Below, in pieces: positions 14,730 to 30,040 of a stretch of DNA of 64,000 bases. Under the pieces are notes generated by a model. That model had not been told where the DNA came from, ran no database searches, and was given only the letters and a program-made list of their open reading frames with translations. Position 1 is the stretch's first letter. Every line of letters starts with the position of its first letter. Source of the DNA: Eledone cirrhosa (lineage: Eukaryota); NCBI GenBank assembly GCA_964016885.1, contig OZ024758.1:13392001-13456000 (forward strand). Reading direction: 5' to 3'. A program made the position numbers and the translations under genes.

Positions 14730-15162
14730 AATTAAATAAGTGTGTTTAAATTATAGGGTGTCCCCCAAAAATGTATACACATATTTATTATAATAATGGT
14801 GTTGAAGTGTGTATACATTTTTTTGGGGGGACACCCTGTATAAACACACCATTTCTAGGTGTATATGTAGGTAGCTACACAATTAGATAAGTGTCTTTAA
14901 TATATAGGGTGTCCTCCAAAAATGTATACACATATTTATTATAATGGTGTTGAAGTGTGTATACATTTGGGGGGGGGGGGACACCCTGTATAAACACACC
15001 ATTTCTAGGTGTATATGTAGGTAGCTACACAATTAGATAAGTGTGTTTAATATATAGGGTGTCCTCCAAAAATGTATACACATATTTATTATAATGGTGT
15101 TGAAGTGTGTATACATTTTTTTTTGGGGGGGGACACCCTGTATAAACACAGCATTTCTAGGT
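14730..15162. mobile_element. Three tandem ~150-bp units, each holding a Tc1/mariner-type MITE
   Basis: ta(t/c)agggtgtcccccaaaaatgtatacac ... gtgtatacatttt..gggggacaccctgta; TA flanks; period 150-151 bp. Confidence 0.7.
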
Positions 15163-15499
15163 ATTCCCCCCCCCCCTAGTGGCATGTGTCACTGTTACCG
15201 TAGGATACCAGATTGCAGTAAGAGAAGGAAATATAATCTTTGTATAAAATTTATATAGAGTAATTATATACAATATATATTTAGCCTAGGTTTAGAATAT
15301 CTAGAGAGAGAGAGAGTATGTAATTGTGGAGGTGTGGTAGGGTCCTGTAACCCCTGATGGAGTCAAAAGGGTGCTGTAATGTCATACAATGTTTCTTGGG
15401 CAATTTAAGTTAAGCATGGAGGAGCCCATCTCCTCTCTCCAGGTCTGAATACAGCAGATTATTTCCAGAGAAGGATAGAGAGAATGACAGAATGGGAGT

Positions 15500-16122
15500 G
15501 AGAAAGAGATATAGAGGAAAAAATCAACCCCAGTACTTGACTGGTACTTTTTTATTGACCTCGAATGATAGGGAGGAAATGAGAAAGAGATATAGAGGAA
15601 AAATCAACCCCAGTACTTGACTGGTACTTTTTTATTGACCTCGAATGATAGAGAGGAAATGAGAAAGAGATATAGAGGAAAAATCAACCCCAGTATTTGA
15701 CTGGTACTTTTTTATTGACCTCGAATGATAGGGAAGAAATGAGAAAGAGATATAGAGGAAGAATCAACCCCAGTACTTGACTGGTACTTTTTTTATTGAC
15801 CTCGAATGAGAGAGAGGAAATGAGAAAGAGATATAGAGGAAGAATCAACCCCAGTACTTGACTGGTACTTTTTTTATTGACCTCGAATGATAGGGAAGAA
15901 ATGAGAAAGAGATATAGAGGAAGAATCAACCCAGTACTTGACTGGTACTTTTTTTATTGACCTCGAATGATAGGGAAGAAATGAGAAAGAGATATAGAGG
16001 AAGAATCAACCCAGTACTTGACTGGTACTTTTTTATTGACCTCGAATGATAGAGAGGAAATGAGAAAGAGATATAGAGGGAGAATCAACCCCAGGTACTT
16101 GACTGGTACTTTTTTATTGACC
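15500..16122. repeat. ~80-bp minisatellite, about 8 copies, inside an old SINE
   Basis: Unit gagaaagagatatagagga..aatcaaccccagtacttgactggtac(t)nattgacctcgaatgata...; continues into a SINE body at 16122-16225. Confidence 0.9.
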
Positions 16123-16327
16123 GTGAAGGGATAAAATGCAAAGTTGCCCTCGGCAGGATTTGAACTCAGAGAGCAGAGGGCTGAAATAAATACATCAAAG
16201 CATTCTATCTGACAATTTGTCACCTTATGTAGATATATATTTCTGTTAAATATTAATATACACTTTCTGAGGCACTGGTTTTGTTATAAGCCATAGTTCA
16301 CTCAGCATATATACATGCATGCATGCA

Positions 16328-16343
16328 GCATCATCATCATCAT

Positions 16344-16405
<62 letters not shown>

Positions 16406-16755
16406 CCATCATCACCATCATCACCACTAGCACCATCATCATCACCATCATCACCACCACCACCACCATCCATCATAACTATCATGATCATCATCATGAT
16501 CATGATCATGATCATCATCATCATCACCATCATCACCATCATCACCATCATCATCATCATCATCATCACCACCATCATCACCACCATCATCATCATCACC
16601 ATCATCATCATCACCATCACCATCATCACCACCATCATCACCACCACCACCATCACCATCCATCATAACTATCATCATCATCATCACCACCATCACTATC
16701 ACCATCATCATCAACACCATCATCATCATCATCACCATCATCATCATCATTATCA
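16328..16755. repeat. (CAT/CAC)n trinucleotide tract; similar tracts at 18055-18180, 34450-34735 and 45630-45920
   Basis: Seen directly; explains the poly-His/Met/Asp pseudo-ORFs. Confidence 0.95.
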
Positions 16756-17167
16756 GTAGCAACATCATTTTATGTCCATTTTTTTTTTATATAGTTAAAA
16801 AACAAACAACTTTTGTTCAGTAATAATTAATGAACAAAGGAGAAAAAAAATGGACTTTTGGCTTCAGTAGTTCCCAAGAAACTAGAACTGATACCTCATG
16901 AACCAGCAAAGCATAGAAATTGTAAACAAACAGGGTGAGGTGAGTAATGTTGGTGATGGGGTACAAAAACTAATGGTGGCATTTTAAACTATCTCTGCAT
17001 AATATAATTATAATTATTTTACTCCTTTTCAAACCCCCCATAGAATATATCTGCTGTGTGTGAGTCTTTGTGACTCTGAAAGCAGGAGAGTATGACATTA
17101 AACTACATGTTTATTGATTAGTAAATATATCTCTCTATATCTCTCTCTCTCTCACTCTCTCTCTCTT

Positions 17168-17200
<33 letters not shown>

Positions 17201-17204
17201 GTAC

Positions 17205-17242
<38 letters not shown>

Positions 17243-17257
17243 GTATATGTGTGTGTG

Positions 17258-17296
<39 letters not shown>

Positions 17297-17314
17297 ATGT
17301 ATATAAATATACAT

Positions 17315-17356
<42 letters not shown>

Positions 17357-17456
17357 GTATGTATAATATATATATATATATATATGTGTGTGTGTATATA
17401 TATATGTATATATGTGTGTATATATATGTGTGTATATATATATATATGTATGTATA

Positions 17457-17497
<41 letters not shown>

Positions 17498-17839
17498 TCA
17501 TCATCATCATCATTTCATTTTACATCCGCTTTTTCCCTGCTTGCAAGGGTGGGATGGGAACTGATGCTGGCTTGATTTCTACAGCTGGATGCCCTTCCTA
17601 ACACCAACCTCATTTACAGTGAGTGCTGGGTGCTTTTTTGCCGTGGCACCTCCACGACCACTTTACAGTGGAATTATAGGGACACCAGTCCCTATCATCT
17701 CATTTCTACAGCTGAGTAAACTGGAGCAATGTGGAATAAAGTGCCTTGCTCAAGGAAACAACACATCACCCGGTCTGAGAATTGAACTCACAACCTTTCG
17801 ATTGCAAGGCCAATGCTCTAACCATTAAGCCATGTGCCT

Positions 17840-17903
<64 letters not shown>

Positions 17904-17922
17904 ATATATATATGTATATATG

Positions 17923-17964
<42 letters not shown>

Positions 17965-18055
17965 CATACATATATACGTATATAGACACCACATGATGGA
18001 AATGCATTTTTAAGTGGTTTCTCTACTCTAACACCCTGTGGAATATGAACTCAGG

Positions 18056-18099
<44 letters not shown>

Positions 18100-18125
18100 G
18101 TCATCAATATCACCACCAGCACCAC

Positions 18126-18162
<37 letters not shown>

Positions 18163-18733
18163 GTCATCGTCACCATCATCAATAATAATACACTAATACA
18201 CATGTACAGTATATATATACCTAAGCCCCCACCCCCCATCCCCCACCCCCCATCCCCCACCCCCACACACACATAGTCCCCACCCCCACACCCCCACCTA
18301 GTTCCAAAACTGTAACGGAAGTGATTTTTTTTTTTCCTGTTTTGGTTATTTCCATACAATTTGTCAAGGTATTTAATAACGTGAGATTTTTAACTCTAGC
18401 TTATTTTAGCTAATCCATTAATCCGCTTCATATCAGCATTTTCTCCTGGAATAGGCCTAGCATAGTAGATACTTACGTATAGGTTTTAACATTCAGGTTT
18501 TTAATATGGCTGAAGGTTAAGGTCATTATTCTCAAAAGTCTTGTCTGTGTTGATAAAGTTACTAAAGTAATTAATAATGACTGTTATATTTAAATAAAAT
18601 AGCAAGTAGGTCTTCTAATTACAAAGTCAATGAATGGTCTGCCAGAATACTTTACACTTTATTTGCTGATCTGATTTCAGCTTAACCCCAAAGTCCGCCC
18701 ATATCTTAACTTTGGATGCCTTTACTGTCTCTG

Positions 18734-18907
<174 letters not shown>

Positions 18908-19207
18908 TAGAAAGGTAACACATGAGTTGATATATATAAAAACAAATAGTAGAAAGGAAAAAGATTTTTTCAGTAGACAATGTTGAAGAGATTTTTTTAG
19001 TGAAATTTCAAAACATTAATGTTTTGAAATTTCACTAAAAATCTTTTTCCTTTATACTATTTGTGTATATATATATATATATATATATAAGCAAGTATTG
19101 CACCAAGAATAATATAAACTTTGTCGAGAAAGGAAAATAGGAATTTATTTGCCTTTAACATATGTTTCTGTGTCTATTATAATTGTCTACATATGCTGAC
19201 TACGACG

Positions 19208-19248
<41 letters not shown>

Positions 19249-19549
19249 GTTCAATTCTCAGACCGGGTGATGTGTTGTTTCCTTGTTGTTTCCATTGCTC
19301 CAGTTTACTCAGCTGTAGAAATGAGATGATAGGGACTGGGGTTCATATCATTCCACTGCGAAGTGGACATGTAGGCGCCACGGAAAAAAGCACCGAGCAC
19401 TCACTGTAAATGAGGTTGGTGTTAGGAAAGGCATCCAGCTGTAGAAATCAAGCCAGAATCAGTTCCATCTTACCCTTGCAAGCAGGGAAAAGCAGACGTA
19501 AAATGATGATGATATATATATATACCCATATATATATATATATAAACCC

Positions 19550-19580
<31 letters not shown>

Positions 19581-19759
19581 TTTAGATGATTTTGTGTTAA
19601 AGAATAAAAACTAATGATAAAATAGATATACATTTTTAAAAATGAGATCCCTAAGTATGTGAGACCCTAAGCTATAGCTTATTTAGCTTATAGGTAAGTC
19701 TTACACTGGTTGGATTTAAAGAAGTAACTGTTTTTTTGGTATGGTTTAAAACTATAGAG

Positions 19760-20229
19760 CAGTGGGCGCCAACCTTTCAGACCTCAAGGACCACTAAATT
19801 CATAATTTTAAATCCTGCGGTAAACTAATATAAATTTTTTTAAAAGACATTTGTAAAATAATGATCAGAGAACTTCCATTTTATTAATATGAAATGCACC
19901 TATTGAAACATTTTTTAGGGGTGTTATTAAATATATTTTAACCAAATATTATTTTTGTTTTATATTATTAAAACATAAAAATTGCAAATAATGTCCAAAT
20001 TTTTCTGTGGACCACCAATTTTTTCTCAGACCAAATTTTTCTGCGGACCACTAAATTTTTATGCAGACCACCAAATTTTTCTGCGGACCACCAAATCTTT
20101 CTGCAGACCACCAAAATTTTCTGCAGACCACTAATTTTTTTCTGCAGACCACCAAATTTTTCTGCGGACCACCAACATTTTCTGCGGACCACCAAAATTT
20201 TCCCTCGGACCACTGGTTGGCAACTGCTG
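19760..20229. mobile_element. hAT-type MITE with an internal ~22-bp tandem array
   Basis: Imperfect TIRs cagtgggcgccaacc / ggttggcaactgctg; 8-bp TSD ctatagag / ttatagag; (tctgcggaccaccaaatttt)n at about 19995-20212. Confidence 0.75.
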
Positions 20230-20589
20230 TTATAGAGGACAAATAGGTTTAAAACTATATATATTGATGTTGTTAATTAATTGGTCATAGTTTTGTTGTT
20301 GTTGTCGTTGTTGTTAACAGTAATTGTAATATTCCTGATAAGATTGCTGTTGTTCTTGTTTCTATTTGCTTCTATTTGTGTCATTTTTTGTGTAAAATTA
20401 ACTGATAGCTACCACTTTAGCTATTACATTAGCGAGTTAAAATAAACAGCTTCAGAGCTGGCTTGTTGGCTCAACTCCAGAGTTTTACCTGCTAATTATA
20501 CATCAGTCAGTATACCATTTCTCTTTCAAACTTCTACCTGTTTATTAATGAAGTATTTCTGATATCAAATCATTTCCCTTTGATTATGT

Positions 20590-20840
20590 TTCTTTGTCAT
20601 CTCCTCCATGAGCTTTAGCAATCTGAGATCAGCTCTCGCCATTTCCATCCAGGTCTTCCCTGATCTTCCTCTACTGCAGCTTCCTTCCACTGGGATTATC
20701 TGGCATATCTTCACCTAGTGGTTATCATCTATGCACATGACAACATCACATGTCCATACCAGCACAATCTCCTCTCCTACACATTACATCTGATTCCTCT
20801 TATAAACATAGTTTCTCTGTCAGTTCATTGCACATCCATC
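20590..20840 (-). mobile_element. Degenerate RTE LINE fragment
   Basis: catcacatgtccatacca (WYGHVM on the minus strand) and similarity to 33970-34150. Confidence 0.65.
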
Positions 20841-20857
20841 GAATTTATATGTATACA

Positions 20858-20914
<57 letters not shown>

Positions 20915-21219
20915 GCTTGAGCTCTGCCGTCGGGGTCATTCTTTTTCCTATATATATATATATATATGTATATATACCTATATATATATATATATATGTA
21001 TATATACCTATATATATATATGTATATATATATATTTATATACATATATTTATATACATATATATACATACATATATACATACATATATATACATACAAA
21101 TACACACACACACACACGCACATATATATATATATACATATATAAGGTAAACAGAAATAACAACACAATCAGTATGGAAGGAATATATTAGGTTAATGCT
21201 TGAAATAGCAGGAAGAGAG

Positions 21220-21255
21220 TCTTAACGTTTCGGATGCTAGTCCTTCATCAGAAGA
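21220..21255 (-). ncRNA. Minimal type I hammerhead ribozyme
   Basis: Minus strand: tctt-CTGATGA-a-gga/ctagca/tcc-GAAA-cg-T-T-aaga; palindromic AACGTT stem III; 4-bp stem I. Confidence 0.65.
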
Positions 21256-21272
21256 AAGAATGAGAATATATA

Positions 21273-21800
21273 TCATCATCACCGTTTTACGTCCGTTCTT
21301 CCATGCTAGCATGGGTTAGACGGGTTGTCCTGTTGTGGGCAGTGTCTGGTTGGCTGACCATGCCTTGCTCATACAGGAACTGATTTGGCTTGATTTCTAC
21401 AGCGGGATGCCCTTCCTAACACCAACCTCATTTACAGTGAGTGCTGGGTGCTTTTTTGTGGCGCCTACACGTCCACTTTACAGTGTGGGCTGGGTGCTTT
21501 TTTGCCGTGGCACCTCCACGACCACCTTGCAGTGGGAGGGTGTGGGGGCATATTGTCTATATGCTTCAGCTTGTACCCATGGGAGGTTGGGTACTCTGTA
21601 TTACTGCGTGACGCCAGAGGTCACGGTCGTATGTCATCGCCTTTGAGAGGTGTAATTAGGTAAGGTCGGCTTTTATCACCTCATCCCAGGTCATCTTGGG
21701 TCTCCCCACTCCGCGGTTTCCATCGACTTCTAGTGCTCTGCACCTTTTTATGCAGTTGTCATCCTTCATACGCATCACATGTCCATACCAACGCATCCGC
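21273..21800 (-). mobile_element. RTE LINE 3' end with long 3' UTR and (GAT)n tail
   Basis: RMRWYGHVMRMKDDNCIKRCRALEVDGNRGVGRPKMTWDEVIKADL (RTE C-terminal RW.GHV.R...GRP..TW motif), followed by the UTR module ...gtgttaggaagggcatcc.gctgtagaaa...ccatgctagcatggaagaacggacgtaaaacggtgatgatg. Confidence 0.8.
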
Positions 21801-21835
<35 letters not shown>

Positions 21836-22371
21836 CATACATACATATATACACACACAAATGATATATATTTATGTAGGCATTATATAGTAAGGGATGT
21901 TTTCTCCTGAATAATAACAAACCTTTACTATAGTTATCTTTACACATTTAAAAAAATGTGTTGTTGTTGTTGTTCTTGTTGTTGTTCTTCTTCTTCTTTT
22001 TTTCTACTTCCTGTCTTCTTCTTCTTCTTCCCCTCCTCCCCTACCTCTTCTCAGATTCACATCACGTTTATATTTATTGATAGAAACACTTCTTTCAGTT
22101 TCTCTACTTCAAAAAATAAATGTAACAAGAAAAAGGATCCACATTTTATTATTTTTGTTATTTTTCTTTTTATATAGAAATGAGAAAATATGGCGTAAAA
22201 CAAATATTTTCTCACCGTTATATTTGTTGTTAGGAATATTAAATACATCTGAAGATATTGTAAAGCAACATATATTGATTGATCTCATTGATAAGGGAAA
22301 AAAGGTGCGAAATTTGTGTGTAAATGATTTCAGACTTTTACTGAATTAATCTCAAATTCATGACTGCTACT

Positions 22372-23200
22372 AATTTATTTTATTGACACTGGAATATCGA
22401 CTCCAGTATATAACTGGTACTGATTTATTTTATTGACCCAGAAGTATCATAAATCAGTATATGACTGGTATATATATATTTTATTGACCCAGGAGTATCA
22501 TAACTCAGTATATGACTGGTACTAATTTATTTTATTGACCCAGGAGTATCAAACCTCAGTATATGACTGGTACATATATATTTTATTGATACTGGAATAT
22601 CAAACCTCAGTATATGACTGGTACATACTTATTTTATTGACACTGGAGTATCAATCCCAGTATATGACTGGTACATACTTATTTTATTGACACTGGAGTA
22701 TTAATTCCAGTATATAACTGGTATATATATATGTTATTGACATTGGAGTATCAACGCCCAGTATATGACTGGTATATATTTATTTTATTGACACTGGAGT
22801 ATCAAACCTCAGAATATAACTGGTACTGATTCATTTTATTGACCCAGGAGTATCAAACCTCAGTATATGACTGGTACTAATTTATTTTATGGACACTGAT
22901 GTATCAAACCTCAGTATGTGACTGGGACATATATATTTTATTTACCCAGGAGTATCATAACTCAGTATATAACTGGTATGTATATATTTTATTGACAGTG
23001 GAGTATCAATCACCAGTATATAACTGATATATATTTATTTTATTGACACTGGAGTATCAATCACCAGTATATAACTGATATATATTTATTTTATTGACAC
23101 TGGAGTATCAAACCTCAGTATATAACTGATATATATTTATTTTATTAACACTGGAGTATCAATCCCCAGTATATGACTGATATATATTTATTTAATTGAC
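22372..23200. repeat. ~48-bp degenerate minisatellite
   Basis: Unit ttttattgacactggagtatcaaacctcagtatatgactggtac... Confidence 0.85.
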
Positions 23201-24504
23201 GGTGGGCTCAAAACAAAGTTTAGACAATGTTTAGACTGCTGTTTCTCCTGATGAAGCAGTGAAAGAAGACAACAGTTGGAAGAGAAAGAACTGCTGTGAA
23301 ATTGCAAATAAAAACCAGTTGCTTCATTTTATTGTTGTTTCTGGCAACTTCTTTCAAAACAAACTAAAATATCTTTGGTTAAATATGTCAGCCTGCTGAT
23401 AATTTGGCTAAAGATGTATATAACATCTAAGTGGATTAAGAGTACAGAGTAATTATTATATTGATTTCTGCTTTTGTGTGTGTGTCTGTGTGTTTGTGTG
23501 TGTGTGTCAGTGTGTACAACAGGCTTCTGTACAGTTTCCATCTGCCAGACTCCACTAAAAAAAAACAAGTGGTCGTCACAAAGGCTATAGTAGAAGATAC
23601 TTGCTCAAGATGTTTTTTTCACGATAAAATTTCCTCATTCCTTTCTTTAGAGAGCACAGGTTCTTAAACTTTTGGGGCCACCCCACCCCTTTCATGGCCA
23701 CATAATACCCTTAGCGACCCCCAACCCTATTTCCAGAGAGACTGCCTACACACAAATTATAAATAATATATAATAAATAAAATCGTTAATTTATATATAA
23801 TAAAAAATATAAAATATATTTTTTTTATTCAACTATATTTATATATAAATAATATAATATATACTATGTATAAATAAATATTATATATTTTTATTTAACT
23901 ATATTTATATATAATATGTATCATTTGATATTTAATATACTATTATATCATCTCTACCACCCCTCCACCACCCCATTAGCCCCCACCACCACCACCACCC
24001 TGGGTCTTCTCAATGCACCCGCACCCCCAGGTGTGTGTGTACGGTAGTGACCACTTTGCAAACCTCTGCTTTAAAGAGAGGAAACAGATAATCATCAATT
24101 AAATCTTCTGTAAAGTTGGCTGTATTACATAAATTACAGAACTCCTTGAAGAATAACAGATTTATGATGACATTATGGAAATGAAGGAATGGTAATTATA
24201 TAAAAGAAAACCTCTATTTTAAGATATTTCATGCCTGACAGAAACACACATGGCTATCAAATTATTTTTGATTAATTTCTGTTGACATCTGTTCTCTGTT
24301 TAACTCCTCAAGAAATCATTTAATTTGATTATAATCAGATTTATTTCAAAGATATCTTACAATCTTGTAGAAATAATTCTCCTGATTGATTTCTTACTGA
24401 AAGCACAAGTCTTCATATTTGTCAAGGTTGTGAGTGTCTGTTTTGTTGTGGGGTTTTTTCCTTGTTATTTTCTTTTTTTTAAGAAATTATCAACATATGT
24501 AAAT

Positions 24505-25096
24505 TATATAGTGACACTAGAGAGTGTGAATTAAATAGCAACACTAAAGAGTGGGAATTATATAGCCACACTAGAGAGTGTCAATTAAATAGCAATACTA
24601 GAGAGTGTTGAATTAAATAGTAACACTAGAGAGTGTGAATTATATAGCAACACTAGAGAGTGGGAATTAAATAGTAATACTAGAGAGTGGGAATTAAATA
24701 GCAACACTAGAGAGTGGGAATTATATAGCGACACTAGAGAGTGGGAATTAAATAGCGACACTAGAGAGTGGGAATTAAATAGCAACACTAGAGAGTGGGA
24801 ATTAAATAGCAACACTAGAGAGTGGGAATTAAATAGTAATACTAGAGAGTGGGAATTAAATAGCAACACTAGAGAGTGTGAATTATATAGCAACACTAAA
24901 GAGTGGGAATTAAATAGCAACACTAGAGAGTGGGAATTAAATAGCAACACTAAAGAGTGGGAATTAAATAGCAACACTAGAGAGTGTGAATTATATAGCA
25001 ACACTAAAGAGTGGGAATTAAATAGCAACACTAGAGAGTGTGAATTATATAGCAACACTAGAGAGTGGGAATTAAATAGCAACACTAGAGAGTGTG
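24505..25096. repeat. 27-bp minisatellite, about 22 copies
   Basis: Unit gcaacactagagagtgggaattaaata. Confidence 0.92.
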
Positions 25097-27319
25097 TGCA
25101 TTTCACAACAACGAGATTCACTCTGAATGTAAACTTTAAAGCTATGATATAACATTGGAATCATCTGGTGTCCTGGGTACCTGGCTCACCTCTCTACTCA
25201 CTTTAAACAGGAGGGAGGTGAACATCTGCAGGAATAAGCCTTACACAGACACTCTCTAATGTCAGTTTTTCCATGCTAGCATGGGCTACTGTTCATAAAG
25301 TGTTAATCAGACCACCATGAATAAAATTGAACGTTTAAAGGGTTTTTTTCTGTGTTAAAGCTATAGTTAACCTTGCAGACCCTATCATAGACTTTCTACT
25401 CATTAATGGGATCCTTTTCGAGACAGTGTTTTACAGCTGGATGCCCTTCCTGGTTTCAACCATTTTCAGCTACCTCTAACAACATGCAGGGACATGGTGT
25501 ATATTTGTATGTATAGTCCCGTAACTCCTGATAGAGTCGTAGGGGGTGTCGTATTAGCATACAGCGTTTCTTGGCCATTTTTTTAAAGCCTGCCGGAGCC
25601 CATCCCTCTCCATACCTAAATATAGCAGATTTCTTCCAGATAAAGATAGAAAGTGAGAGAGAGGAAATGAGAAAGAGATATAGAGGGCTGAACTTCTTCT
25701 AAAATGGTTACATACAGTGATAATCATATCATATTATCAAATTCAAAAGAACACAAAATATGATAATAGAAGATGAGAGATTTATATTTTTTTAATTTTG
25801 GGAGTGACCTGAGATATAATAAAATAAGATAAGAAATTATTTTGTGAACCATACTCATTGATCTTTGATTTATTGGATAAGATCTTAGGTTTTTTTCTAG
25901 TTCCTTTATTACAATAATTGATTCCTGAATGAAAACAAACTTAGATGTGTCTGCAATTACTTACTCCTGGGTCTCCCAAATAATAGTGGAGGGTGGGGTG
26001 AAATAAATGGGTGCTGGTGGTGGTGGTTGTGGAAAATCAATAATTTTTCTTGGTTGTTTCTGTTGATTTGCTTTTTTAAAAAACCAGAATTAATCGTTTA
26101 GTTTACATATTGAGACCCCAATTCATCCTATTTATTTTATAATATATGGGATTTCTTGTAATGTTTTTTTTTTGTTTCGTCATGTATAATGTTTTTATTT
26201 TTTTTAATGTCTAAAGAAAATTAATTGTTGCAGGAATGTTACTACTTAAAATAATATTTTACTGGAGATAGATTAGAAAAATATAATAAGTGGCAGTGGG
26301 AGAGGGTGGTGGGTGGAATAAGATCGGCGATGGGTTTGAAAAAAATCTGAAAAATTAATAAGCAAAGGGTGGGGGTGGGGGACGATTATTCGAGACCTGA
26401 GAGTACGTTTGTTGTGTTATAATTGGTTTCTTGTAAGACGAGAGGAAGTTATGGTCTAATAGTCTGATAAATATATTTCTGAACATGGAATCAAGCCGAG
26501 TTCTACTCACTCAACAGACATTCTTCTTCACAGAACAATAACTATTTCAGTAAGATGCCTGTAGTCTTGGAATTTTGAAGGTTCATATTTAAATTACACA
26601 TCTATCTGCTCCTTAATATCTATCTTATCAGCTTCTTAATTACCTTCGTGTGTTTTGGCTAAAAGAAAATCATCATTTTATTTTGGTCTTCTTTCTTGTT
26701 TTTGAGTACTTTATTATCGTTTTTGTGTGTAGAGGGGAATTTTCTCATCAGTTTTGTGTTTGGTAGCTAAAATTATGTGTGTTTTAGTGACATAGATTAG
26801 TTTGTACCGGTAATTAGTAGATGCCTTTCTCAGTCACCTCGCAAAGAGAAAAACAATCATTCAATACATCTCTTGTACCTTTTTGTGTAACTCTTCTACT
26901 TGAAGTTACATAATGCTTCATATTGCTTAGATTTTTGTTCTGTTTATAGATCTGTGGTAATTGAATGGTTAAGAATAATTACAAGTTTCTTTTCTTGTAA
27001 TATCATAATGACAACGACAACAACAGTAACAACAAAACAAAAAACAAAAAATGTAATGGAGGAATGGAGAGAAAGAAAACTTTACAACCTTGCCTGGGTG
27101 ACATATCTTAGTTAATTTTGGCAATCAAGATGGCAAAAATATTGCCACACAGAACAGCCGTTACATTGACCATTCCAACCCACAGGGTTTCTACCTCAGT
27201 GTAATGCCATTGTAGTATAATTATAATAAGAATTTCTAGCTTAATCACAAAGGGTCACATTTTGGGGGAAGGTTGTAATTGATTTAATTGGTATTTTTAA
27301 TTAGTACTTGAATTTTACT

Positions 27320-29345
27320 TATTTTATTGTGGTCTCCTGTCTTCTACAAAGTGTATTTTATTGCGACACTAACAATATATAGTTTCCTGTGTTCTACAAA
27401 GAGTACTTTATTGCGAGACCAAAAATATTTGGTCCATCCTATATTCTACGGAGTGATGTATTCTATTGTGACACCAACACTATACAGTCCGTTCTGTACT
27501 CTTCAAAGTCTATTTTATTGCGACACAAACAATATATGGTTTCCTGTGTTCTACAAAGGGTATTTTATTGTGATACCAACATTATATGGTCAGTTCTCTA
27601 CTCTACAAAGTCTATTTTATTGTGACACCAACAATATATGGTCAGTTCTCTACTCTACAAAATCTATTTTATTGTGACACCAACACTATATGGTCAGTTC
27701 TCTACTCTACAAAACCTATTTTATTGTGACACCAACAATATATGGTCAGTTCTCTACTCTACAAAACCTATTTTATTGTGACACCAACAATATATGGTCA
27801 GTTCTCTACTCTACAAAGTCTATTTTATTGTGACACCAACACTATATGGTCAGTTCTCTACTCTACAAAACCTATTTTATTGTGACACCAACAATATATG
27901 GTCAGTTCTCTACTCTACAAAGTCTATTTTATTGTGACACCAACACTATATGGTCAGTTCTCTACTCTACAAAACCTATTTTATTGTGACACCAACAATA
28001 TATGGTCAGTTCTCTACTCTACAAAGTCTATTTTATTGCGACACCAACAATATACAGTATTCTCTACTCTACAAAGTCTATTTTATTGTGACACCAACAA
28101 TATATGGTCAGTTCTCTACTCTACAAAATCTATTTTATTATGACACCAACACTATATGGTCAGTTCTCTACTCTACAAAACCTATTTTATTGTGACACCA
28201 ACAATATATGGTCAGTTCTCTACTCTACAAAACCTATTTTATTGTGACACCAACAATATATGGTCAGTTCTCTACTCTACAAAGTCTATTTTATTGTGAC
28301 ACCAACACTATATGGTCAGTTCTCTACTCTACAAAACCTATTTTATTGTGACACCAACAATATATGGTCAGTTCTCTACTCTACAAAGTCTATTTTATTG
28401 CGACACCAACAATATACAGTATTCTCTACTCTACAAAGTCTATTTTATTGTGACACCAACAATATATGGTCAGTTCTCTACTCTACAAAATCTATTTTAT
28501 TGTGACACCAACACTATATGGTCAGTTCTCTACTCTACAAAACCTATTTTATTGTGACACCAACAATATATGGTCAGTTCTCTACTCTACAAAACCTATT
28601 TTATTGTGACACCAACAATATATGGTCAGTTCTCTACTCTACAAAGTCTATTTTATTGTGACACCAACACTATATGGTCAGTTCTCTACTCTACAAAACC
28701 TATTTTATTGTGACACCAACAATATATGGTCAGTTCTCTACTCTACAAAGTCTATTTTATTGTGACACCAACACTATATGGTCAGTTCTCTACTCTACAA
28801 AGTCTATTTTATTGCGACACCAACAATATGCAGTATTCTCTACTCTACAAAGTCTATTTTATTGTGACACCAACAATATATGGTCAGTTCTCTACTCTAC
28901 AAAGTCTATTTTATTGTGACACCAACAATATACAGTATTCTATACTCTACAAAACCTATTTTATTGTGACACCAATACTATATGGTCAGTTCTCTACTCT
29001 ACCAAGTTTATTTTATTGTGACACCAACACTATATGGTTAGTTCTGTATTCTACAAAACCTATTTTATTGTGACACCAACAATATATGGTCAGTTCTCTA
29101 CTCTACAAAGTCTATTTTATTGTGACACCAACACTATATGGTTAGTTCTCTACTCTACCAAGTTTATTTTATTGTGACACCAACACTATATGGTCAGTTC
29201 TCTACTCTACCAAGTTTATTTTATTGTGACACCAACACTATATGGTCAGTTCTCTACTCTACCAAGTTTATTTTATTGTGACACCAACACTATATGGTTA
29301 GTTCTGTATTCTACAAAGCGGTATATTTTATTGCGACACCAACAT
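27320..29345. repeat. 52-bp satellite, about 39 copies, with a 362-bp higher-order period
   Basis: Unit tattttattgtgacaccaacaatatatggtcagttctctactctacaaagtc; near-identical ORFs recur at 27898/28260 and 27950/28312/28674. Confidence 0.92.
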
Positions 29346-29875
29346 TTAAAGAGGTTGTTATGCCTATGATAGTTGTGAGGCTGAGAAGTTGAAGAGGAGG
29401 TTGAAGAGGATGAAGATTGTTTGATTGTTAAAACTACTAAAACTACTACTATAACTGGAACCAATGTCATATTGACATTTTTATGATGATCAATATCACA
29501 CACGCACACACACACATATAGAGGAACATAGACACACACATATAGAGAAGAACATAGACACACACATATAGAGAAGAACATAGACACACACACATACATA
29601 TACAGATATACACACACACATTACAGACATACATACACACTTACACAGGAACATACACACACACACACACCTATACTCACACTCACAGAGGAGACAGATA
29701 CACACACATCACACACATACACACATACACACATACACTCATACTTACACATATACACACACACTGCTAGAATCAATTCTTGATTGTCTTCTGCTTCACT
29801 ACTCTTAGTATTTACCAATTCCTTTTCTCCCTCTTGCCCCCCCTCTCTCTCTCTTTAGATAGTGTTCTCTCTCTT

Positions 29876-29956
<81 letters not shown>

Positions 29957-30040
29957 GTATATAACGAAGGAATTGTGGTAAGGAACCAGATGGACCATAA
30001 TGCACTAGAGTACTCAATACTTAGGGTAGTTGAGTGGGAA

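Noticed and set aside
23655-24068. Possible hAT MITE; also a MER1-like left end near 32653-32720
   Set aside because: TIRs and TSDs are too degraded, or the second end is missing, to call with confidence.
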